From Cyanophora paradoxa CCMP329 (lineage: Eukaryota > Plantae > Glaucophyta): DNA of 64,000 nucleotides. Position 1 is the stretch's first letter. Each line of letters starts with the position of its first letter. A program made the position numbers and the translations under genes. This document shows positions 36,376 through 47,459 of the stretch, in pieces. The stretch covers positions 62,001 through 126,000 of the forward strand of contig QPMI01000679.1 of the NCBI GenBank assembly GCA_004431415.1, read 5' to 3'. The notes beneath the pieces were generated by a model, which did not search any database, was not told where the DNA came from, and was given only the letters and a program-made list of their open reading frames with translations.

Positions 36376-39300
36376 ATGGCCTCGCGGGTGGCACGCGCCC
36401 GCAGGGCGTCGTCTCAGCCCGAGAGCCCGCTCGCCGCCTTCGAGCAGAAGCTCAAGTTCGCCCCCGGGGCGCTCAGTAAGGCATGAGCGTACACGCGCCT
36501 GCGCCCGCCGCACGGCCGGACAGCTGAGCCGCGGCGGCCGCAGAACGTGGCGAACCTCGAGGGCCGCTCGCTTGGCCCGCAGGACGCGGCGTCGATCGGG
36601 GCGCTGCTGGAGCACAAGGCGACACTCTGGGCGGAGGTCACGCTCGCCTCCAACCCGCGGCTGGGCGACGACGGCGCCGTCAAGATCGCGGGCGGCCTCT
36701 CCGTCAACCGAACAGTGCGGTACCTCGGCCTGCAGAACTGCGAGATCGGGCCGGCGGGGTGCCGCGCCCTCGCGCTGGGCCTCGAGGCGAACGGCACGCT
36801 GGAGACGCTGCGGCTCGACGAGAACCCGATCGGCTTCGAGGGCGCCTCGGCGCTTGCCGCCATGCTCGTGCGCCCACCCCCCCCCCATCCCTTCCCCCCC
36901 CCCCCACCCCACCTTCTCACTTCGTTCGCAGACGAAGAACGTCACGCTGCTGCGGCTCACGCTCTTTCAGTGCCGCTTGAACGCCGACTGCGGGAAGGTC
37001 CTCGCGTCCGCCCTCGAGCGCAACTCGACCCTCATCTCGTTCGTACCCCGCGGGCCCCGCCGGGCTAGCCGCCGCAGGCTCGACGTACCCCCCTAACTCC
37101 ACCGACCGCAGGCTCAACGTGTGCGACAACAGGCTCGCCGAGGCGGGGGTCGACGCCATCGGTGCCCCGCGCCCCGCACCCCCCCCTTACCCCCTCCCCC
37201 CCCCGCCCCCCTCCCCTCCCTCCCTCCCTCCCTCCCCGCTAGAGGCGGCTAGAAGGGCTCGCCCCGCTACGCCACGCCTCGGGGGAGGGCCCGGCCTGCG
37301 CCCCCCCCCCTCCCCCCCCTCCCCCCCCTCCCCCCCCCTCGCACCCCCTTCCCCCGCCCCCCCCCTCCCGCACTCCGCGCCCCGCTCCCCGCCCCGCTCC
37401 GCCCCGCCCGCCCACGTCCCGCTACCCCCTCCGCCCCCCCCCCCCCCCCCGCCCCCCGCGTTCGATCGCCGACTCGCCGGGGGCGCGCAGTGGGCGCCCT
37501 GAAGGCGAACTTCACGCTCGTCGAGCTCGAGATGCGCAACAACGTCCCCGGGCCCTGTGAGCGCGCGCGCAGCCCGCTCGCGGCCCCGCCTCTATCTATC
37601 TCTCAATCTAGATCTATCCCATCTTCTTCGATCGTGAGCCCCTTCGCGCGCCTCCTCACGCGGCCGCGCGGCCTGCAGGGCGCAAGCCGACGAAGGAGGA
37701 GAAGGAGTTCGCGGCGCAGCGGCGCGAGGCCGCCCAGAAGCTCCTCGAGGCGCGCTCACCTGAGTCTCATGGATCTATTTATAGCTATCGTTCGCTGTAG
37801 GGCCGCCCGCGCCTGGCCTATGCATCCGATCGATCTCGCCCGCGCTCACCTGAGCTCTGAACTTTTCTTTCGCCGTAGTCGAACATGGCGATCGCCCAGA
37901 TTCTCACGGGCGGCGACGCATCGGGCCTGACCCGCGCGGCCGCCGACAAGGGCGCCGCCTTCACCGCCGAGCGCATCGCCCGCAGCCTCGAGTTCTTCTG
38001 CGGTACCCCCCCCCCGAGATCTTCTGTACCCCCCCTCTAACCTCTTCCTGTAGGAGCCGGTGCGCCCGAAAACCCCCGACTCGTCGAGGGCCTCCTAGCC
38101 CACCCGAAGGTCCGCCCGCCCGCCCTCAGCATTCCTTCCAGATTCGATGTCTGAGCTCGCGGCGGCCCGGCGCAGTGCGAGGTGGACCGGGCGTCGGACG
38201 GGGGCACGCCTCTCTACGTCGCCGCCCGCGCCGGCCGCGCCGCCCTCGTCCGCGCCCTCCTCGCCAAGGGCCCGCCCCGCCCGCCCCGGCCCCGCCCCGC
38301 CCCGGCCCGGCCCGGCCCGGCCTGACGGCGCCGCGGGGCGCAGGGGCCAACCCGAACAAGGGCTTCCAGGGGGACTTCCCCCTCCACGCCGCCGCCCGCT
38401 GGGGTACCCCCGAGGTCGTCAGCGCGCTCCTGGAGGCCGGGGCCTCCCAGGCGGCCGAGTCGGTCGAGGGGGGGGTTCGACCCCTCCACGTCGCGGCCGA
38501 GCTGGGGAGGGAGGCGGAGCTGGCGGCGCTGGTGGCGAAGGCCGGACCCGGGGAGCTGGACGCCAGGAGCCGGGCCGGGCGGACGGCGCTGAGCCTGGCC
38601 GTCGCCGCCGGCTCGCTCGCATGCGTCCGAGCGCTTCTGGAGGGCGGAGCGTGCGCGGGTTCGATTCTCTTCCGTTCCTCTTCTCTTGGATTGAGCGGCC
38701 CGGCAGGGACCCGAACGCGGCGGACGCGACGGAGGACCGAAACACGCCCCTCCACTGGGCCGTCGCCCGGGGGTACGCGCGCCAGCCCGCCTTGCCCCGC
38801 CCCGGCCCCGGCCCGGCCCCACGCGGCCGGGCAGGGACCAGGGCGTGGGGGAGGCGCTGATCGCGGCGGCCGCCTCGACCGAAGCCCGCAACGCCAAAGG
38901 CCTCTCCGTCCGCCCCCGCCCGGCCCGCAATTAATCCATCCCGCTCTGATTCGAACCCGCTTCGAAGCCTCTGGAGATGACGGACAGCGAGAAGCTTCGG
39001 TTTGCGCTAAAGCAGGCGGCCGGTTCCCGTGACGTCATGATCTCGTACAGGTCCCGCCCCCTCCCCTCTCTTTCTTCCTTTCCTCACTCTAATATGGAAA
39101 GCAGCCACCAGCCGGCGGAGGTGGCCGCCTTCGCTCGGGCGCTGCGGGACGCGCTTCAAGCGCAGCGCATCACCGTTTGGCTCGACGAGGCGCGCCCGCG
39201 CCCGCGGCAATGCTAAGGCCGCTTAGGCTAAGAAGGGTACGCTTCGCAGATGGCGCCGAGCGGGATCGAGGCCGGCACGGAGTGGCGCAGCCGCATCGCA

Positions 39301-40725
39301 CAAGGTGAACGGGCCCTCTAGATTCTCCCCGCCGAAATCAGAGGAGAGGGGAGCTGACGCTGCCAGGCGCGCCTGCATGCAGGGATTGACGGGGCGGCTG
39401 CGGTCGTATTCATCGCCTCGGAGCTCAGCGTCGCCTCCGACTGGTGCCGCAAGGTTTGCTCGTACCCCCGCCCCTGTGAATCGAGTACGTACCCCCTGAA
39501 GGCTGGTGGGCCGCGCAGGAGCTTGCGTACGCGCGGCAGACGGAGACGGCGATCTTCCCCGTCTGGCGCGAGAAGGCGCGCTTCCCCCCCCACTCCCACT
39601 CCCCCCCCCCCTTTCCCCCCCTCCGCCCCCTTCTCGGCTCGCTGAGCAAGGAGTTGGCCCCCCTCCCCCGCCCCGCCCTCCCCCCCGCTTCTCCCCCCCT
39701 CACTCCACCCCCTCCCCCCTCCCCCCCCGCCCCCCCCTCGGCTCGCTGAAGCGCGGACCCCCCTCCGGGCAGGTGCCGCTGGACGCCGAGCTCGAGGCCA
39801 TGCTCTTCTCCCGCCAGGCGAGCCAGCGAGCCAGCGAGCGAGCGAGCGCGTAGACTAATTATAAGAAGAGAGGCCTAACGGGCTTAAGAAGCTCAAGTAG
39901 AGTAGAAGTAGAAGGCGCGCACGAGCTTAAGAGGCCCTAAATAGCTCAAGGCGCCGGCTCCCCCTCCCCCCCCCTCCTGAACTCCTCGGGACTTCGTTCG
40001 CAGTTCGTGGACTTCTCGGGGGCGCGGCCGGGCGACGCCGCCTCGTTCGCGGCGCCCCTCGCCGCCCTCGCGTCGGGCCTCCGCGACGCCCTCTTCGCCC
40101 GCCGCGGGCCCAGGACGGGGCCGGGGCCCGTCAAGCAGGAGGAGGAGGCGCCTGCTTCTTCTACTTCTGCCTCGGGGCCGCCGCCGGCGGTCGGGGGCCC
40201 GGAGTTTGTGGTGGTGCATGGCGGGGCGCACGCGGAGGCGGCGGGGCGGCTCGCGGGGCGGCTGCGGGCGGCGGGGCGGCGCGTGGTCGTGGAGGGCGAG
40301 CCGGGGCCGAGGGCGGGGCGGGCCTGGCGGGGCCGTGGGGGCGGCGGGGGCCGTCGTGGCGCTCCTCTCGGCGCGCTCGGCGGCGGCGCGGCCGCTGCGC
40401 GACGCCCTCGCCCTCGCCGAGAACCGCCGCACGCGCCTCCTGCCCCTCCTCCTCCCCGACTTCCAGCTCCCGCCCGCCCTCGCCTACAGGTCCACTTTCA
40501 TTTCGCTCCGTACCCCCCTTCTCCGATCTCTGACGACGCCGTACCCCCCGCAGCTTCAGCAACTCGCTGCTGGTGGGGTTTGCCGAGAACTGCGGCCTCG
40601 ACGCGGCGGCGGGGCACGTCCTCTCGCAGATGCAGGGCGCCCCGGGGGCCCCGGGGCCCCCTTCGAATTCCGGGCCTACCGGGCCCGGCGATCACGGGAA
40701 GCCCGAATTCGAAGGCGCCGGCTAG
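36376..40725 (+). CDS. RNI-like LRR + ankyrin + TIR + degenerate TIR-like domain protein (copy B)
   Basis: LRRs, about 5-6 ANK repeats, then a spliced TIR: DVMISYSH..FARALRDALQAQRITVWLDE..IEAGTEWRSRIAQGIDGAAAVVFIASELSVASDWCRKELAYA..IFPVW..QFVDFS. A second TIR-like domain follows, with apparent homopolymer frameshifts near 40300-40335. Confidence 0.82.
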
Positions 40726-41344
40726 CATGCAGTGAGATGCATACGTAGTTCTAGTTAGCCTGTTGTAGTCTAATTTCTGTTATTACACGCACCGTAATGG
40801 CACCTCACACCTCGCACCGTACCTCGAGCCATGGCCAGCGCGCGCTCGAGCTAGCGCTAGCGCGCGCTCGAGCTCGAGCTCACGCGTACGCGTTCAGCGG
40901 CCGCGCGCGGGTCCGGCAGCTGCGCCTCCGGGATCCAAACCACATGCATATGCCGCGCGCAGTGCATGGCCAGCTGCCGAAGTGCGTCGACGTCGCGCGC
41001 GCGCGGCGCCAGCCGCAGCGCTAGCGGCTCGCAGCAGCTTCTCTAGATCTTGAAGAGCGTCAGCGGCTCGCAGCGCCAGCTGCAGCGGCTCTCAACTCTA
41101 TCATGATCAGCTTCTCTTGAAGAGCGTCGAGCCAGCTGCAGGGCCTGACATTGCTGGCCTATTCCAGTACCCGGTCGCCAGCGCTCGCCGCTCGCCGCTC
41201 GCCGCTCGCGGCCGCTCAGCTGCGGCCAGCAGCCACAGGCAACAGCAGCTTGCCAACTCGCCGACCAGGCTAGATCGGCGTAGTTCGCCCACGCGCCCGG
41301 CGACTCAAATCGCAGCGATCCCCAGACACCTGCAAATTCCACCG

Positions 41345-44337
41345 ATGGCGAATTCGAAGCGCTCGAGAACGTCGGCAGCGCGTGTCGAGCCCGAGGCGGG
41401 CGAATCGGCCCTGGAGCGGCTCCCCGACATCGTCCTCCTGCAGATCGCCGCGCACGTGGGCCCGCGCGCGGCGTTCGGCGTCAGCGCGCTGCGCAACGTC
41501 AGCCACAGGCTTCGCGAGATCGCCGACGCGACCGAGTGGCCGTCGCTGGAGCTCTTCGGCTCTGATGAAACCGACGAGAAGGACGCGGAGGAGGAGGGCG
41601 AGGAGGACGAGGAGGACGAGGAGGACGAGGAGGGCGAGTGGGAGGAGGCCAGCTACGGCGAGCTGGAGGAGCAGGAGCAGGAGTCGAACGCGGATGAAGA
41701 GCAGCAGCAGGAGGAGGACGAGGAGGAGGAGGAGGAGAAGGAGCAAGAGGAGCGCGTCGTCAGCGGGGGCGCGACGCGTCGGGAGACGCTCGCGGTCATG
41801 CGGCGGATCGGGCGGCGGCCGGCCGGCAGTGTCCGCCTCGCCGGTCTAGTCCTCGAGCTGCCGAGATCCGGCAGGGGACCGTGCGCGCGCCCTCGCGCGA
41901 AGCCGCCGGATCGATATCGCCGCCGCGGCGCCCCTGATCGATATCCGACCCGCGCACGCGCGCAGGGCCGGGGCCGTCGCGATCAAGCGAGACGCCCTGG
42001 CGTGCCTGCGCGCACTCTGCGGCCTCCGGAGCGTGGCCATTCGGTGCGCGGCCCTGCATGCCCCGCTCCAACGCCGACGACGCCGACGGCCGCCGCCGCC
42101 GCGCAGGTTCCGCAGGCACCCGGAGGACCCGGACGACGCGGACGTACCCCCCGACCGGGGGAGCCTCGAGGGCATGCGGGACATGCTCGCCGAGGCCTTC
42201 CGCGGCGTGCACGGCCCGGGATGGAGCCCGCAGCCCGTGGACGTGGGCGACATCCAGGCCCGCGTGGCGGGAAAGGCGCACGCGCTCGTGGCGGGCCTGC
42301 TGGGCGCCCTGGTCCCCTTCGCCCCGACCCTTGAGGTCCTGGCCCTCGGCCTCGAGTCGCTCACGCCTGCCCCCGCGCCCGGTGCGCCCCGCCCGCCCCG
42401 ACTAAATAAAATAAGTTGAAAATGTTAACTCTACAATCATATGCATATCTTTAGAATAAAAACCAGTTAACAAAGGAGCCTTCGCCCTGCCCCTCTCTCT
42501 TACGCGATCGCCATCGCGGCGCGGCGGCAGGGAGCCGGCACTTAGAATAAAAACCAGAATCATTGATATCTTTAGAATAAAAACCAGTTAACAAAGGCGC
42601 CCGCCCGCCTTCCTTCCTTCCCCTTCGCCCTGCTCATTCTTACCCTCTGTAGGGAGCCGGCACTGGGAAGCGATCCTGGGCGGATTCGCGCGCCTCGGCC
42701 GCCTCACCTCTTTGGACGTCTCCCGCTGCTTCCAGCTGGACCGGGCGGCCGCCCCCTTCCTCTACGCTTTGGGGGACCGGCTCCCTGGCCTGAGGGCCCT
42801 GGGGGCGGCTCTGGACATCGAGGGGGACCACGAGCACACGGAGGTCTCGCAGGCGTTCGTGGGGGGCATGCCGGCCCACTTCCCCCTCCTCGAGGTAGGG
42901 TCTTTTTTTCTCTCTTTCTCGGGGCTAGGGCACGTACCAGCCAAAGCTCCCGCTAGCTATAGCGCTGACTGGGTACCAACCAAGCGTCTGCTAGCGACAC
43001 CAGTCGGATCTTTCCCGAGGCTAGGGCACATACCAACCTACCTTCGGCTAGCGCTGACTTGTTTCGCAGGAGATCCGCATCCGCGACCTCGAAAAGTTGT
43101 CCGGCGAGCCTACCTTCTCGTACCTCCGGCTCGGCTCGTTCCCGCGCCTCCGCAGGCTCGGTGCGCACGTGTACCCCCCGCGCGCGCCGCTCTCCGGACT
43201 AGATTTTAGATGAGAGAGGCAGTGGAGAGCACTACTAGCCTAGTAGTAGGCGTGCCTTCGGAAGCGGGCGGTGTCCCGCGCGCGCCGCTCCCCTATCCTG
43301 AGCGCCGCCGCCTGCGCCGCCAGCCATCGAGTACCCGAGGGGCGGGCGCCACGCGTACCTGGAGCCCGTCGTGGAGGACGTCGAGAAGCGGCCGGAGGGC
43401 TCGCCCCCGCTCGAGTCCGTCTCGTTCCTCTCGCGGGCGGGGCCCATCTCGTGGCCCTTCAACGTCGAAGACCTGGGCCGCCTGGTACCCCCCCGGAATT
43501 TGATCCCGCCCTATCTCAAGCTTCCTAGACCCCCCACCCTCTCTTAAGCTTCTGTCCTCTCACGCGCGCGCACCCCCGCGACCGCAGCCCTCGCTCCAGT
43601 CGCTCGAGCTCGGGATCGAGGGGGGTACGATGGAGGGCCGCGGGCTCCGCGAGGCGGACCCGATCGAGCTCGAGGGCCTCGCCGAGGGCCTCTCGTCCCT
43701 CCCGCAGGGCCTGAGGCGCCTCTCCCTCGCCCTCACGGGCCTCAAGGGCCTGGACTTCTCCTCCTTCCTCCCGCGGCTCACGAGCCTCGAGGAGTTCAAC
43801 CTTCATCTCAGCGGGAAGGAGAAGCGCCTTACCGCCAACCGCGAGTCACTCGCCGCCGCCCTCGCCGCCCTCCTCCTCCCCTCCTCCTCCTCCTCCTCCC
43901 TCCGCTCCTTCTCCTTCGTCAACGTCGTCTACACCGGGGCCCCCGCCGCCCCCGACAAGGACGGGACGCTGGTCCTCCTCCGCGCCGCGGCCCCCGTGCT
44001 CGTCCGCTACGGCTCCAGCGGGCGCGACATCGTTCGGGAGGAGGCCGAGCTGCTCGCCGCGTGCCCCAAGCTACGGGCCCTCTCCCTCTTCCCCCCCCGG
44101 GAGTACGACCGGTCGCCCGCGAAGCTGGCGGCGCGCCTCGCGGCCCTCGCCCCCCTGGCCGCCCTCCAATCCCGTACCCCCCCTTCCCCCGAGTCCCACG
44201 AGGTCTTCACGGACGAGGAGGAGGGGTACACGGACTTCTCCAAGGGGCTCGCGGAGGCGCTGCCCGGCTGGCGCGTCGCGCGGGCCGGCTGGGCCCAATG
44301 GCCCTCCTTCCGCAGCGGCGCGGGCCCCCGCGAGTGA
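41345..44337 (+). CDS. F-box protein with an acidic tract and C-terminal LRR-like region
   Basis: ALERLPDIVLLQIAAHVG..LRNVSHRLREI (F-box-like), a poly-E/D tract, then LRRLSLALTGLKGLDFSSFLPRLTSLEEFNL and CPKLRALSL; stop at 44337. Confidence 0.75.
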
Positions 44338-45015
44338 TATCCATGAGCGCCTGAAGGCACCGTACAGTCCCGTACCCCTCCCGCTTTCTCCGCCCTCGCT
44401 CACTGTGCCCCCGCAGGCGCTCGCGTAACTCGGGCCGGGGTGCCCGTGCACGTCGCCGGGCGGGGCCCCGGCCTCCGGACCCGCCGCCCTCTCGCCGGCG
44501 CCCTTCCCGCCCGCCTCGCCCGATGCGCCCGATCGCGAGCCAGCCCCCGAGCCACCCGAATCAGATTATAGGCTGTGTTTTTAGAGGTTCTGCTGTGTTT
44601 GATCATGCCATGATCATGACATGCACGCGGCAGCAACCTGAAGGCGCCCCGGGCGGAGCTCGAGGCTGCAGCCAGAGCCCTCAATAGCAAGCTTGAGCTT
44701 GATTATAAGCTTGCGCATTGCAAGTCGCGATCGGGCAGTCCGCGCGCGCGCGCGGCCGGCGCCCAGCCGCGGCGCCGCCCGCGCCCTCGCCCGATCGCGA
44801 GTCCGCCGCGCGAAGCACCTGCGGCAGCGCGCTCCGCACCGCCTTGCAAAATTGAAGACTCGGAAGCCGACGTACGCGCCGGCGACGTCGAAAACCGTCG
44901 GCTGAGGGAGCGATCCGTCGCGCTGCATGGCCATGGCTGACAAGCTTAAGCTGCCCGGGACCAGAGCTGGACACGGCAAAAAGCTTAAGGAGCCCCGGGC
45001 AGGGCAGAGGCGGGC

Positions 45016-45019
45016 AAAA
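45016..45019 (-). terminator. RNA polymerase III terminator (TTTT) after tRNA-Gly
   Basis: T4 lies 1 nt downstream of the tRNA 3' end on the minus strand; a second T-run is at ~44978-44982. Confidence 0.6.
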
Positions 45020-45020
45020 G

Positions 45021-45091
45021 TGCGCCTGCCGGGACTCGAACCCGGGTCTCTTCGATGGCAACGAAGTATTCTACCCCTAGACCACAAGCGC
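45021..45091 (-). tRNA. tRNA-Gly (anticodon GCC)
   Basis: GCGCTTG TG GTCTAGGGGTAGAAT A CTTCG TTGCCAT CGAAG AGAC CCGGG TTCGAGT CCCGG CAGGCGC A forms a 71-nt cloverleaf with acceptor, anticodon and T stems. Confidence 0.96.
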
Positions 45092-45170
45092 TGATGAAAA
45101 CTCGAAACTCCTGCCCCGGCCGGAGCCGACTGCGCCGGGGGTACGGCGGGCGACTCAATTGCAACTATCC

Positions 45171-45375
45171 GCATGTCAGGCCCCGCGGCCGGCTCCGGCC
45201 GCGCCGGCCGCCGACGCGGTATTCCAAGCTCCGGAGGCTCGATGCTCGCCAAATCTTCTGCAGCTGCGCATGTCAGGCCCCGCGCCGGGCCCGCGGCCGC
45301 GGCCGGCTCGAGCTCCGGCCGGCCGCCGACGTGGCCCACGCGGGTTCCAAGGAATCAAGCTCGATGCTCGCCGAA
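45171..45375. repeat. Degenerate two-copy tandem repeat upstream of the tRNA
   Basis: gcatgtcaggccccgcg...ttccaag...gctcgatgctcgcc occurs from 45171 and again from ~45267. Confidence 0.7.
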
Positions 45376-45781
45376 TCGAACTCTCGGCGGCTGCCGGGCT
45401 ACCGGCTGCGCTTGCGCGCGGCGCGCGCCGGCCGCCGGGGCGCGCCGGCAGGCCGGCAGGCCGGCAGGCCGCCGACGCGGATCATGCCCATCATCGGATC
45501 ATGATCAGGCGCCTGAATCACCTGCTTAGCCCCGGCCGCTAGCTATAGCTACGCAGCCCGCGCGCCGTCGCCCGCCGGCATGCCATGGCCATGATGCGAT
45601 CGAACCTATAGCTAGCTTTAGGCCTGCAGCTGCGATCGAGCAGGCAACCCGCGGCCGAGGAGGCAGACGCTGCCGCGGCGCGCGGCCGCTAATTATAAAG
45701 CTAGACCGGCCGCGGCAGCGAGCTCGAGGCAGCCGCAGCCGCATGCGCAGCTGCAGCAGCAGGCGCGGTGGCCAGGCTAGC

Positions 45782-46348
45782 GCTCGGCGGGCGGCGGCGC
45801 GGCTCGCCGGGCGGGGCGGCTCCCCGGAGGCGTCGCGCGCGGGTGGCGGTGCAGCTCGCTGGGTGGGCCGGGGCGGAGGCGCCGCGGGCGGCGGCGCGGC
45901 TCGCCGGGCGGGGCGGAGGCGCGGCGGGCGGCGGCGCGGCTCGCCGGGCGGGGCGGAGGCGCGGCGGGCGGCGGCGCGGCTCGCCGGCGGGGCGGCTCCC
46001 CGGAGGCGTCGCGCGCGGGTGGCGGTGCAGCTCGCTGGGTGGGCCGGGGCGGAGGCGCCGCGGGCGGCGGCGCGGCTCGCCGGGCGGGGCGGAGGCGCGG
46101 CGGGCGGCGGCGCGGCTCGCCGGGCGGGGCGGAGGCGCGGCGGGCGGCGGCGCGGCTCGCCGGGCGGGGCGGCTCCCCCGGAGGCGTCGCGCGCGGGTGG
46201 CGGTGCAGCTCGCTGGGTGGGCCGGGGCGGAGGCGCCGCGGGCGGCGGCGCGGCTCGCCGGGCGGGGCGGAGGCGCGGCGGGCGGCGGCGCGGCTCGCCG
46301 GGCGGGCGGAGGCCCGGCGGGCGGCGGCGGGGCTCGCCGGGCGGGGCG
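45782..46348. repeat. GC-rich minisatellite with higher-order structure
   Basis: A ~39-bp unit (gcggcgggcggcggcgcggctcgccgggcggggcggag) is interspersed with three copies of a longer unit (cggaggcgtcgcgcgcgggtggcggtgcagctcgctgggtgggcc). Confidence 0.9.
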
Positions 46349-47162
46349 CTTCTAGACCTCTAGATCTCCCCCAGCCCTCGGGACGGGTACGGTGAGCCGG
46401 CGGAGAGGCCGCGCTCGCGATCGCGAATTCGAAGAATCGATCTTGCTAGAGTCTTTGGCTATCGAAGTCGACGGCCGTCTCGTCCCGCAGGCTTTGGAGT
46501 TCAAGCCACCTGGAAGCTTCGAGGCCCGCCCCGCCCCGCCCCCGCCCCCCTATAAGCTAGCTAAGACTAAGACTTGCCCGGGTGAGCGCTAGCTGCAGCC
46601 TGCATGCGTGTTCTTTCTTTGTTAATTTAGACCCCGCCCGGCCTTGCACATCTTGAGACGAGCGGGGGGCGGGGGCGAGCCGAAGACTTATTTGCAATTG
46701 ATTGATGTCAAAATCAACAGCTGCGCATGCACTACAAGTACTAGTATAGCGCAGCTAGCTCTAGCAATAGTTATTCAGCTCAGAAAATATTTATATTCGA
46801 TGTAGAGGTACGTATACTAATGAAAACAAAGTTGAGCTTGCGAGTCGATCGATATCCCTTTGCTGCATGAGCCTGCAAATGCATTGTCGGTCTAGATCTA
46901 GCTATATAGCTCTCTATACACTTATACGTATATATACGTATAAATATATAAGAAGTCGTAAGAATGTACTTATGTATACGTACATGTATAGCTATAGATA
47001 TCGATGGCGAATCGATTCGAAAGCGCCGTGGCGCGGCGCGGGAGAACAATATTAATATTGTTCTCTATGATGCAAATCGAAGAACGAAACTTGAAAAGAA
47101 AGCTCTAAGCTCTAAGGTGAAGGATGAAGGACGCGCGAATTCGAAGCCCTGTATATGGAGCT

Positions 47163-47459
47163 CGAGGCTATGGTACGCTGACCTCATGATCACGAGTCGA
47201 CGTCATGATAAACGATCACGAAGGACGGGCACGTCGACGTCCTGCCCGCTGTCGACGTCGCGAGCCGTTGAGCCCGATCGCGATCGCGAGCTCGACGGAG
47301 CTCGAGCCCGGCGAGGCTATGCATATGGTACGCTGACCTCATGATCACGAGTCATGACAAACGATGACGAAGGACGGGCCCGGGCACGTCCTGCACCGTT
47401 AGGCTGCCCGCTGTCGACCGTCGGACGTCCGATTACGGCCGCGAGCCGTTGAGCCCGAT
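47163..47459. repeat. Two-copy tandem repeat (~150 bp) differing by 6-bp inverted-triplication indels
   Basis: cgaggctatg..gtacgctgacctcatgatcacgagtc..gaaggacggg..gagccgttgagcccgat occurs from 47163 and from 47312. Confidence 0.9.

Noticed and set aside
45782-46348. Repeat array as CRISPR
   Set aside because: No unique spacers, no cas genes and a eukaryotic context; it is a minisatellite.
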